Below are positions 36,083-47,900 of a DNA stretch of 49,953 nt, one piece after another. The DNA lies in contig WELA01000374.1 of NCBI GenBank assembly GCA_009602735.1, positions 222,221-272,173 of the forward strand. The letters run 5' to 3'. The translations under genes and the position numbers were made by a program. Numbering within the stretch: the first letter of the stretch is position 1; each line of letters opens with the position of its first letter. A model generated the notes under the pieces. The model ran no database searches and was not told the DNA's origin. It saw nothing but the letters and a program-made list of their open reading frames with translations. The DNA comes from Mesotaenium endlicherianum (Eukaryota).

Positions 36083-39000
36083 GCTGCCACCTGGCAGGCG
36101 GCGAACGGAGCCAGCTGGCGTGCACAGGGGCGCGGACGAGCTCGTCCCGGCGGCCCCGGGGGTTGAGAGCTGGCCCTCTCTATGTCCTAGCAGCTGAGAT
36201 CACACCTCCTCGGGGCGGCCATGTGGCAGTCTATATCAGGGCCACTTGGCACGGGCAGCAATCGCCACGGGTGGAGTGGATGCAGAGGCGCCTGTCAGAA
36301 CAACGTGAATGATGATCTTAATTGTCTTCATGATTTTCATATCTTGATATGGATCAGTCTTGTCAGAAAACGGCAACTGCATGAGTCGCCCTTATTTGTT
36401 GACGGGTCTTCAAATGCATCAAGCTCTTTACAACTCTCAAGGGTGGAAGTGAAGAAGATGTAAATCGGATGGAACTTCAAGCTCACGGAAACATCAGATA
36501 GCCTCCTCAGCTCTAAGCAGCCGCATCTTTTCTTTCGAATTGCAAGCCCAGAAGCCCTTGTCTTTATGCCCTTAACCCCAAACCTTAATCCCTGGCCCTT
36601 CTCACACACAGCTGTCCCTTCAAGCTGGGGAAGAACAAAACCCTTGTGATGCTGTTGTGTTCTGAGAGGGGTGGGGGCCTACCATTCTCCCACTGGGAAG
36701 GCATATAGCCAACTGTCATCATCACAGACGCATATCTTGTCCTTTCATCTTTAATATTGTACATTAGTTATTATAATTATCATAATAATCAACAATACTA
36801 ATTATTGCATTACTAGTACAATAATTATACTTGTGCTGACAAGCTCACACAGGCAAATTTTTCTTGCCGCTTAGACCCGAAACTTGGACCCTCAAACCCT
36901 TAAACCCGACCCTAAACGCACTTGACACACGAGGAGCCATGACGGAAGAAGGTCTACTCTGCCTTCTCCCAGCTACGCCGGGCTTCTGGACCCCTGTGAC
37001 CATAAATACGTGTGGGCTTCTTACATTCATGTGTGCACCGTGGAGACACGTAGGGGATTATTGTGCGGGTGTGAGGAAAATATGTGCGTCGTGAATGCAT
37101 ACAACAGCACATACACAGTTAGGAAGTGCAAAAGAGGTCATGCACACGCCAGGTGAATGGCTAAGGGCAGCAGCTAGAAGGAGAATTCGAGGCACTGAAG
37201 GCCCTGCCTATCAGCATGACAGCAGTTTCATTGATAGACACTCGCTTTACGAGAATCATCTCTCTCGAGAAGTTGGCCAGAAAAGATTTTCACACGAACG
37301 CGGAGCCGAGACCAGTATCAGCTAACGCAAGAAGCTACAGAGCTTGCACGACCTCGTCGCGAAGCACATGAAAACTTAGAAGAAAATTCTCTCTGAAGTT
37401 TGTACGAGAGAGCAGGTAACGTGGAACGTACAGGCTTGACCAGATGAGACAGCGTCACGGAATGCCTCGACACTCCTTGACGGGAGCAAAAAAATACTTG
37501 CAGAGGAAGACTTCTCGAAAGTGGTCCACAGCTTTAGCCAACGAAGTGAGCAGTGAGAGAGTAACAAGTCACTATAGCTGAGCTTTATACCGCAACGTGT
37601 TTGCATCAATCCATGAGCCCTGCATGCCAGACTTAATTTGAAAAGGGAAATGACAATCTCAAATGATCTCAAACGAAAGTGAACGACACGATGGATCTTG
37701 GACCAGATCAGGACCAGATGGCGTAACTGGGCTGGACAGGGCACGACGGCTGGCAGAAGACGTGGCATAGCACATCCTTATGACTCACGACTTTTCAAGT
37801 CAGCAGCAGTCAGCGACAAGTTCTTGGCCTGCTTTCGTACGGTCACCGCGGATTTCAGCAACTAGATGATGATGGGCCACGACCGATTTCATCCGGTGAA
37901 TTTTAGGGAAATGCTGTTATTACTGAAGAAGTAATCGGCTTTAGCGTCAGCCGTGATCGGCTCCATCGGACGAATCAAGATTCATGCACGGGCGTCGGGC
38001 ATAGTACATCCGCCTGACCCCGACCGCTGCGAGTCGCTCCAAGACACGTCAGGTTCTTGCAGGCACTCGCACGGGGAGCCAATTCGTCCCTCGTGGTTGC
38101 AACTTGCTCGTGGCCCCTCGAGCATTCTCGACTTGTCCAGTTCAAATTTTCTGAACCCTCTTGGATGCTTTTGGAGTTACACTGGAGAAAATATTGGACG
38201 ACCAGATACTCGGATGCTCGGCTGCTTCAGAATATCCGTAGAATGATGTCTTAGGACAGCGAACATGACTGTCAAGCACGAGCTTTAGCAGGGATTGGCG
38301 TCGCTTCCTTCTCTTTTTTATGTTAGTAACAAGAAGCGCATGGCGAGGTGACTGTCGGTGATACCGTGATTGGCCGTGTGTTCAAGCAAAGAGTTGAATC
38401 GCTCACTTCTTGTGGATCTGTCGTGATGTATTCATCCATGCGAATGCTGGGAGGACCCAGGCCGAGCTGCCGCACTGACGTGCAGGTATGACTGTGAAGT
38501 AGCTCACATCCCTACTCTAAAGTATGTACTCCTTACTTTCGTTGGACTTGTCTATGACTCCATGTCCTGTCACACTCCTCTTACCCGTTGTGCCCGGGAC
38601 ACATTCCAACACGAATAGTGATATTTAGCAGCCCCCCCAGTGAGCATCATGAGGTGCTGGTAATCCCATTTTTACGGTAGGAGATCCAAACAACATTTCT
38701 CATTTGATGAGAGTGCTCACCCAAGGCCCACCCTGAGCCTCGATAGAGCCGCTCGTTAGAAATGCAGGACGGAGCTCCCACCAGGAACAGCCATAGACCT
38801 AGAGAGTATACGATACCATTCGTGATGCAACCCTGAAGCGTTGTGTGCATGAGTTCCCTCAGATTTGGATTTTCTTTCCTAGTATAGCTCTTTGACCTTC
38901 AGTTATATTTCTTGGTGGCTTCTGGCTTCTGGCTTCTGGCTTTCCCATTTATTCCGAAGAAAGAGGTATGAAGAAGTGTCTTGTCTGGCAAGATACTTGT

Positions 39001-39107
39001 TCTAAATCGTGAGAGGAGGAAAGCCTCGGACATTTTGCCCATGAGTCAACTCGCTTTGCTGGAAAAGCAGTTGTAAGTGTTCTCCTGATAGTCGCATAGC
39101 CTCTTTG

Positions 39108-39212
39108 CAAAACTTTAGAGAAACTTCACATTTCTGTAAACGTTGTGCTTTTTGCGGGTGCAAACTGTAGAAAAACTTCACATTTTCTGTAAAAGTTGTG
39201 CTTTTTGCGGGT
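39108..39212. repeat. Two-copy ~53-bp tandem duplication
   Basis: aaacttcacattt(t)ctgtaaa.gttgtgctttttgcgggt occurs twice. Confidence 0.9.
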
Positions 39213-39324
39213 AAATCTTGCCTACTTTCTGGTCTGCATTGTACTCCTCTTGGCACGTGTCGTACTTCTTACAGCGTTTGAATCGAATTGTTATTGTGTA
39301 ACAAATTGGACCATCAAGTCACTG

Positions 39325-39465
39325 CTCAGCAGCAGCAGCAGCATTGGCAGCAGCAGCTGTTGCGATTGTAGCAGCAGCTGCAGCCTGTGCTGCAGCAGCT
39401 GTTGCAATCGTGCGGGGGCTGTAGCACGAGCAGAAGCAGCTGTAGCAATCGTAGCAGCGGCTGTT
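39325..39465. repeat. Degenerate (CAG/GCA)n trinucleotide region
   Basis: Runs of cagcagcag interspersed with gctgt and gtag. Confidence 0.8.
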
Positions 39466-39906
39466 ACTTGATCCACTGGCAGTCATTTGAGATGTATGGC
39501 ATTGCTGAGAGCGGGTGACGAGACTTGGACGCAATTCCGCGCAGTTGCAGCACAAACAATGCAGAAATCCAAAGCGTAAAGTGTGCAACAATACGTCAAG
39601 AAGCTAAGCTACTGCGTAAGACCCCTTCCTGGGAAAGGAACGTGGTGGCTTTCACAAAGAAACGGCCCTTCAACTCTTCAACTCTGAGGCTGGTTGCCAT
39701 CTGCAGGGCCCTGGGTGAAAAGCTGCCCCACCAGGGCTTTCGGGTTTAAGGAGCGTGAAGGAATTTACTTTCACCCCCTTTTTGACATTGAGAGTGGTTC
39801 ATTCTGACCTATAGCATGTTTGGAATCTTGCCGTCGCGATGCGGTCTTGTGGCACAATTCCCCATTTCCATGAAGCGGCTGGTTGTCACTTTCGTGGCAG
39901 ATTGAC

Positions 39907-39907
<1 letters not shown>

Positions 39908-40001
<94 letters not shown>
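39908..40001. repeat. Poly-C run (~94 nt) ending at single N; probable assembly artefact
   Basis: Homopolymer abutting an N join. Confidence 0.7.
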
Positions 40002-41865
40002 NCCCCCTCCCCCTCCCTTCAAGGCCACCTCACGCATATCCACGTGTGTTGACACATGCGAAAGAGAGCAATGCGTTACCTTAAGGGAACCACATGTGAA
40101 TGCTTTTGTGGGGAGGATGAGTTTGTGCAAAATTTGCTCGAGTCTTATTTGGGCCCTGGCAACTTGTGTTGACACAGCTCTCTCTCACCCCTCTGGCGTT
40201 GATCTTGCATCGCTCCCTCCCTTCTTACACCTGTCGCCTTGCTGGCAACTGCTCGCGAAATGCCCTGAATCCACGGGGGCTATCTGAAGAGAGGAAGGGT
40301 CTGACGGGGCCAGGGAAGAGTTGCAAGCTTCAGGAAAGCTTCTTAGCTTCTTCTCAAGTGATAAAAGTTGGTTCATTCCTGGGGGCGGGAAGGGGACGAG
40401 AGAGGGGACGGGGGGGTGAGGATAGGAGGAAGGGGGGAGGAGTTGAGAGCGGGGAGGGGAGGGGGAGGGAGTGCGGAGGGGAGGAGAGGGCGCATGATGT
40501 GTCTGTCCCCAGCGCCTGCTGCTGCCACATCGTCCAAACAGAGGCAGCGCATCCGGCATCTTTCTGTACGGGGATTCAGCTCTATGCTCAGCGATAGCTT
40601 TCTTTTGCTCACAGTGAGGGGGAGCCTTAGGGCAATCAGCCTGTCAGTCAGGCAGCTTGTACACGGCTGCCTGAATGTTCCCTCTGAACCCCTCAACTAA
40701 CCCCGAAGCACGCCGTGGAGCGATCTCAGCGTCGGGGGCAGAGCAGGGCCCGGCGGCAGTGGTGCCACGTGGATGCCACGGCCGCTGGCACCCGGGCAAC
40801 AAAACCCTCACATTGTGTCTCCCCCCCTGCTTTCGCCAGCCCCCAAAGTTCCCCCGGGGCTTAAACCCCCCAGCAGCTCGGGCTCAAACCTCTGGCCCCG
40901 AACAGCTTGCGGCTATGGCCAGTTATTGCAGCGTCCTATTTTGGTCCCCAGGGCTGCGCCCCGCTCGCAAAGCGTGTGCGCTGGGCCTGGCTAGGGCTTG
41001 GGGTTTTCAGGACTAGGGGTGTGTGGAAGCAGGGTGATGAGGAATTGGGTCTTGGGAAGAAACTGGGGGGCGAGGCCCCGCGTTTGCTGCGGGGGCACAG
41101 GGCTGGGCGTGGCTGGCCAGGTTCAGGGTTTGCGACGTGCTGCAAGTGACTTCAGTGCTAGGGCGCGCCTCTTTTTAATTTTTGCAGGGCACATGGAAGC
41201 GTCCGTTGGAAGCCGCAAAACCCTAGAGACTATGACCCTATGAGAGAACCCTAGACCTCGGGATTGTGGCTTTTGACACTCTGAGGGTGGGACTTCGGCG
41301 TCCCATGGCCGTGAGTATGCATGCCCATGGCCATGCGCAGTTATCGCGTTGGTATACTTGGCTTGGCTTGTACTTGGAGACCCTCGTGGTTGAGCCGAAG
41401 TTTTTGTCCACAGGGAGTGGAGGGTGGGGTGGGGGTGGGGGNNNNNNNNNNNNNNNNNNNNNNNNNNNNNNNNNNNNNNNNNNNNNNNNNNNNNNNNNNN
41501 NNNNNNNNNNNNNNNNNNNNNNNNNNNNNNNNNNGGGGTGGGGATTGGAGGGGCAAAGGGGGGGGGGATAGTGGGGGAAGTTTGACACGAAGTTGTCTCG
41601 TGCTGGAGCTAACCCTGTGTCGCGCGCATACCAGGGGCCGGGGTTGGGCGTGGCTTTGCGGGTGCTAGCAACTTGTGGTGAAGCTTGACGTTCTTGCCTT
41701 TAAGTGCTTGTTTTTGTGTGTGTGTCTTTGTGTGTATATGTGTTTATTTTTCTGTCTGCCTGTGCGTGTTTGCGTGTGTGGGTGGGTGTGGGTGGACGTG
41801 CATGCGTGCATCTGCATCCCCGTGCGTGCTTGCGTGTGTGTGCGCATGCGCGCGTGCGTGCGTGC

Positions 41866-41903
<38 letters not shown>

Positions 41904-41940
41904 ACGCATCTGCATGGGGGGTGGGGACGGATTGACGCAG

Positions 41941-44900
41941 TGCCTGGAGTGGGCGCACACGTACCTGGGGGACTGCGTCTGCAGTCTCAGCGACGGGGTC
42001 TCCTTCGCCCTGGGGCTGGCAAGTGTCCTCGCATGGGGCGTCGCGGAGATCCCGCAGATTGTCACCAACTTCTCGGCGGGGACCACCGAGGGCATCTCGC
42101 TCACCTTCCTGCTGACGTGGACGCTCGGGTGAGGGGGTCCACCGAGCCTGGCCTCGGTTTGCCGTACCTGGTCTCATCCCACCAACCCTGGCCATAGTTC
42201 GCTGAACTTGAACTCCGCCTGTCAAACCTGGCCTCATTCTGCGGGCCTCAGCGGTGCGGGCCTCAGGCGGGCAACGGGCCATGGGCGGCAGGCGGCGGGC
42301 GAGCGGGGGATGTGAGGGAGAGAAAGAGGGAGAGGTGAAAGAGGGGCCCCTGGGTGCGTGTCAGGGGTCAAGGGGGGGGCTGCCTCTTCCGCCCTCGTGA
42401 AACTTTGAGGTTGTGTTAGGTTATGGCGGGTGAGGGTGGGTTACTGTAGGTTGTTGCTAGGGCCTCTGCATGGGGCCTCTGGAGAGAGCCGGATTGCGGA
42501 GGCTTCTGAGGGGTTGTGGCCCGGCCTGGCGCTCGTGGTCTTGCGGCGACGCTGGGCTCGCGAGTTCTCAAATCCGACTTGTGCTTTTTCCGCTGCCTCT
42601 CGGCTCGCGGTTCAGCGGAGCTGGGCTCGCAATCTCTCGAGTGCTGGATCGCGGTCTGGGGACATGTGGCGCACGGTGTGGCGGCGCCGCTCGGCTCGCG
42701 GTCACGCGAGGCTGGGCTTGCGCTTTGGCTGCGGCGCTCGGCTTTCGGTTCTGTTAGCCCTCTGGCTCGCGCTCCCGCTTTGGGGGCGCTTGTCTCGCGG
42801 TTTAACGGCGGCGCGCGGCTCGCGGTTCCGCGACGCCCGGCGCGCTCGCGCGCGCGTTGGCAGTGGCGTGGGCCTTTCGCGGTTTGTCCGCCAAGGGAGT
42901 GAGGGGAAGGAGAGAGTCCCCCCTTTGCTGCTGATGCTCTCTGTCTCCGCCAGCACAGGCACGCATGTGAATTGAACGCGCCCTCGACCAGGGACAGCCG
43001 TAGTCGAGGGGGAGTCAGCCGAGGGTCGAGGGAGAGTCAGCCTGCGCCAGTGGGGCTTGGGGCTCCTGTGCCTGGGACCAAGAATTAGGGTTTAAGAACG
43101 GATTAAGGTTTGGAGACGGTTTGGGTAGAATTAGGGTTAGGGTTAGGGTTTGCGGCTAGGTTGCGGACTTTGAGGTTTGTGTGCGAGGTCAGTGCTGGAC
43201 TGTGCCTGACGGACAAAAGCTGAGTTCGGGTCAGCCACCCTTTCGCTTGGAATAGCATGGGAAGCAGAATCAATTTCGTCTTGAGTATGTTGATCGTAAA
43301 GACCTTGAGCGGTTCCTTTCAAGTCTTCCCCTCTACCTAATATCATGCGAAATATTTCAGTGCGATCCTTCCCTGCAATATAGCATACGCATTTGCCGCT
43401 CAGTTCCGCGCACCGCTGCTGCTGCTGCTCTGACACGTGGCACTCCCTCTGTTGGCACGTGGCGCTCTCTGGTGGTGTGCTGACACGTGGCAGCGACGTG
43501 TTCAACCTCCTGGGGTGCTACCTGGAGCCCGCCACTGTGAGACCCCGCACCCCTCCCGCTTTTGTTTTTCATCATGCTCAAATATATTCTAAACAAGGGC
43601 ATTGTTTGATGCCCAGAGACATCCTTGATTCTCAAAGACATGTTTGATGTCCAGAGACCTATACGAGTATATACTTCACATAAGTGCGCATGTTATCCGT
43701 GTGAAAGTTGCCTTTCTTTGGCGTATGACACTCCTAGTGTTCACATGCACGTGTAGTATACCTGCAGAGTTAATTGTCTGGAGGCGCAAACGGTATACTA
43801 GAAAGCTAAGTGCACAATGAATGAACCCGCTGAGAGAAGCAACCTGCCGGCTCGCTCATCGTGCTCCCTCACATCGTAGGACTGATGGAAGTTAATGCGC
43901 GGAAGGAAACATGCATCCGCGTGTGCTATGTGTGAGGGCGTGCACGCGCGCGCATGTAACTGCGTGCATCACCCCCTCTACGATTGGCACACATTTCCTC
44001 TTACGAGCATGAAGCACGAAGGGGTCTCCCTTGTAACGTAGGTAGGTAGATGTGACCCCCCCCCAAAAAAAAAAAACTTTGAGACATGAAGTGGTACATA
44101 CGCATAGATATAGTTCTAGGCATAGAGTGACAGTTTCACAGTGCATGCATCACTTACGTGCGTTGAGTGATACGTACGCTGCCATATATTGTAAGCGTGT
44201 GTGTATTACACTCAGATGATATCCTGGACACGTGAACATGTGTCACGTCCTTGATTCACTCATACACATATATGTGCATGTCCCTATATATTATATATTT
44301 ATATTTATATTTATATTTATATTTGTATTTATATTTATGTTTATATATATTTTTATATTTATATGTATGTCCATACCAGAATATCTCGTATTTGCATGTA
44401 CATCGATGTATTCCTATATTCACATGTAGATCTATGCATGAAGTCTGTGTACTAAGCATGTATGTACGTGTTGCATATATGTAAATATATATCTTATGTG
44501 TGGAGTAAAGCGTGCATTGACATATACTTGAAGTGTCTGTATCACTCTCATGTCACTCTCATGTCCTTGTCAAACCTGCCACTTACTGACTGTAGCAGCC
44601 GTCTGCGTTCTCCACTGACCCTTGGATGTCCTCGTGCCACATGTCGCTCTCTCCCGTGCTCGCAGCTCCCGACACAGTTCTACATGGCCGTGGTAAGCTC
44701 CTCTGCCCTCCTCCCCTCCCGCATCTGCTTCTCTCCTTTCCTCTCCTTTGTTCTCTCACCTCCTCGCTCTCTCTCTCCTGTCCTTGCCCCTCTTTCCCTT
44801 TCTCCTCTCGCCTCTGCCTCTCTCTCTCAGTCTCTTCCGCTCCTCTCCCCTCCTCTCAACTCCCTCCCTTGGTTCTGTCCCTTCTTAGTTCTATCTTGCC

Positions 44901-47900
44901 ACTTCATAGGGAGATTGTTGACGTTGCCTTATCATCTTACACGTGTGTACACACAGAGACAGCGTATGAGAGAACACACGAACGCGTGTGCGCATGCGCA
45001 CGTGCGTGCACGCAAGCGTGCGCCTTCAAACACATGCACTTGAGTATGCATGCACTTGATATTACATGCATGCACACGCATTCGAGTGCACACACACAAA
45101 CACACACACACACACACACACACACGCGCGCGCACGTGCAACCATCTGCGTTGCACCAAGGTCAGCAGCTGTCAGTCGACGCCGCTGCCGCGGTGGGGGC
45201 GTGCATCGTCTCAGAGATGCAATGCAAGTCCACGCGAGCTTCACAACGCGCTGCGGTTGAGGTGCGATCGTAGCGGTGGCTTTTGGATCGTCAGGGTTGT
45301 GGTGTTGCCTCGGGCCCGGGTAGTGACCTGGTCGAGATCAGGGCCGGAATCTGGTTCGGGCCAGCATTGCGGTCTTGTTTGGATCAGGGTTGTCGCTTGG
45401 CCGCTTGGTTTTGTTTTGGGGTTGGGACTAGGTGTGGGATTGGCGGTGAGACGGCGGTGGAGGCGGGGATGGGGGGTGGGGGTTGGGGATTTGAGCCGGG
45501 ACGGGTTTGCGGAGTATGGCTGGGAAGGTCCGATGTCACGAGTGCGCACTTTGACCCGCTTTGACCCGCTTTGTCCAACTTTGACCCGCTTTGTCCGACT
45601 TTGACCCACCTTGACTGACCTTGGCCGGTGCTTAACCGCACGCGACATGCGCGCGTGCGTGCTTGGCGGCGTGCGTGCGCGTGTGTGGTGGCGTGTGGGT
45701 GCGACAGCTGTACACCATCACGACGCTGGTGCTGGTGGCGCAGAGCTTCTACTACCGCCTCTTCGGCCCCAAGGGGGAGCCTGCGCCCGACGAGGTGTGC
45801 ACCTCTGTGCCTGTCTGTCTAACTCCGTGTATCCATTTATTACCACGTGTATACTATATGTATATATACATTTGTAAATGTATATGTTCGTACATATGGA
45901 TGTCTATGTATTTCTACATATATGGGTGTCTATGTATATGTACATGTATGTGTCTGTCTCTCCAGCCCCAAGGGGGGGGCAGCTCTCGACGAGGTGTGCA
46001 TGCAGTACACACGCACGTCTATGTGTGTGTGTATATGTGTATGTGTGTGTGTGTGCATACATGCGTGTGTAAGTTACATGTATGAACACAAAACGCACTC
46101 GTAGAGACTCATGTTGGTGCGCGTGCATTCAGGTGTTCATTGTCATGTATGTGTTCGTTGTTCTATATCCATGCAAAAACTCGTATGGGGATGTAGAGCC
46201 TGTGCCAACTTCATGTTCCGACGCGCGCGTACGTGCGCGTACGTGCGCGGTCACATGCCGCCGCATATCGCATCGTGCCCTGCGCGCCCCAAGGCAAACT
46301 TTTTGTTTTCCCTCCTCCCTTTCACGCTTGCACAGGTGCAACAGCTACCCTAAACTCTAAACCTGACCTCAACCCAAATCCTAGATGTGACCTTAGCAGC
46401 AAACCTTAGACCCTAGACCTGAGCGTAAACCCTAAGCCTCGATTCTGCGGGCGCACGCAGGTCCGACAGCTCCTATTGGACGACCCCCTGCTGCCGCAGA
46501 AGGCCCACGCGCCCACGCTGCCCGCGCCGGTGCCAAGTGTCCCCGTCCCGGTGGCTGCCGGCCAGTCGTCCTCGACAAGCATCGACGTGCCGGGCAGCCG
46601 CAAGTCGTCGATGAAAGACATCTACATCTCGTGCGATGCTCCCCCCCCCCTCTCTCCCGCCAAACCCGAACCCTGCGCCACAATTCGAACGGGCCACTCA
46701 GGAAGCAAGGGCGAGCAAAGTGCCGGGGCGAGGTGGGCCGAGGGAGGTGGGGCTGGGGAGGTAGGCGGGGGGGGAAGATGGGGTCAGGGGTGTGAGGAGA
46801 TAGGTCGAGTGAGAGTCTCGCCTTGAGGCCTGCAGCTTGAACTCCCATGCTACCTTCTCACACCCTCTCCCCCTTCTGCCTCCCCCCTCTCCCCTCTGCC
46901 CTCTGCCCTCTGCCCTATCCTCTCTTCTCCCCCTCCTTCTTCCCCTTCCCCCACCCCTGCCCCCTGATCCGTCCTGCGCTTGCTCCTGCGCTTGCTCTTG
47001 CGCTTGCGATTTCTCTTTGTATATCTCGCGTGGGGGTGGCTCTGGTAGGGACTACTCTAAATGGCGGGGCTGCTGATGAACAAAAGAGAAAGGGAAGGGG
47101 GTGGGAAGGGGGGAAGGGGGCACCCTCCTTGCCGCTGCTTTGTCACTCCTGCTCCCACTCCTTGCTGTTCCTTGCTCTTCTGGCGTAGACTCTGATCCCG
47201 AGCGTCAGGCCATACTTCTCCACTTAGAAGCCCCCCCTCCCCCCCCCCGGTCCGCTTTCATCCCCATTCCTGCCCCCATCCCTACTTTCACCCCTTGCGC
47301 GGCCTCTGGCATACTGAGGTGCACATTTCGCTTCCAACTTTCACCTCCCTCTCNTGACCACCTCCACCCACCTCCATCCCCACCTTCACCCCCCACCCCC
47401 ACGCCCACAGCCATGGCACGTCTCGTTCTTCTGACGACGCGTGCAAATCCGCGCAGTTGCTGATGAGGCACCAGGGCTTCAGCACCCCGCCGCCTTCCCC
47501 GCTCTCATACGTGCGAGATGCTCGTTCTGATGACGACAACTGCGACGTTGTTGAGTGCGCAGATCCGCGCGCTCGCTCACGAGCAGCTTCAACCCCACCA
47601 TGGGCTCCTTTGTGCCCGGCTCCTCCTCGCACCTCGCCACCACGCCCCACCACCCCTCCTCGCACGGCGGCAGCCACGGCCACGGCCACAGCCACTTCGG
47701 CCGCTCGCCAAGTGGCGGCACCTCGGGCGGCCAGCAGGGCTACGGCCCGTCCTTCGTTACCCGCGCCGTGAGCCCCGCGCCCTCCTCCTCCTCCTCCTTC
47801 TGCTTGTGCTCTCGCCCGTCGCTCTTGCTTGCTGATATCCCCTGCTGCATCTGCACATCCTGCCACTGTCGTGTGTGTTCTTCTCGTGTCGCGTTCTCAC

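Noticed and set aside
39196..39591. Ala/Gln/Ser-rich ORFs
   Set aside because: Products of a degenerate CAG repeat open in several frames; no splice or homology support.
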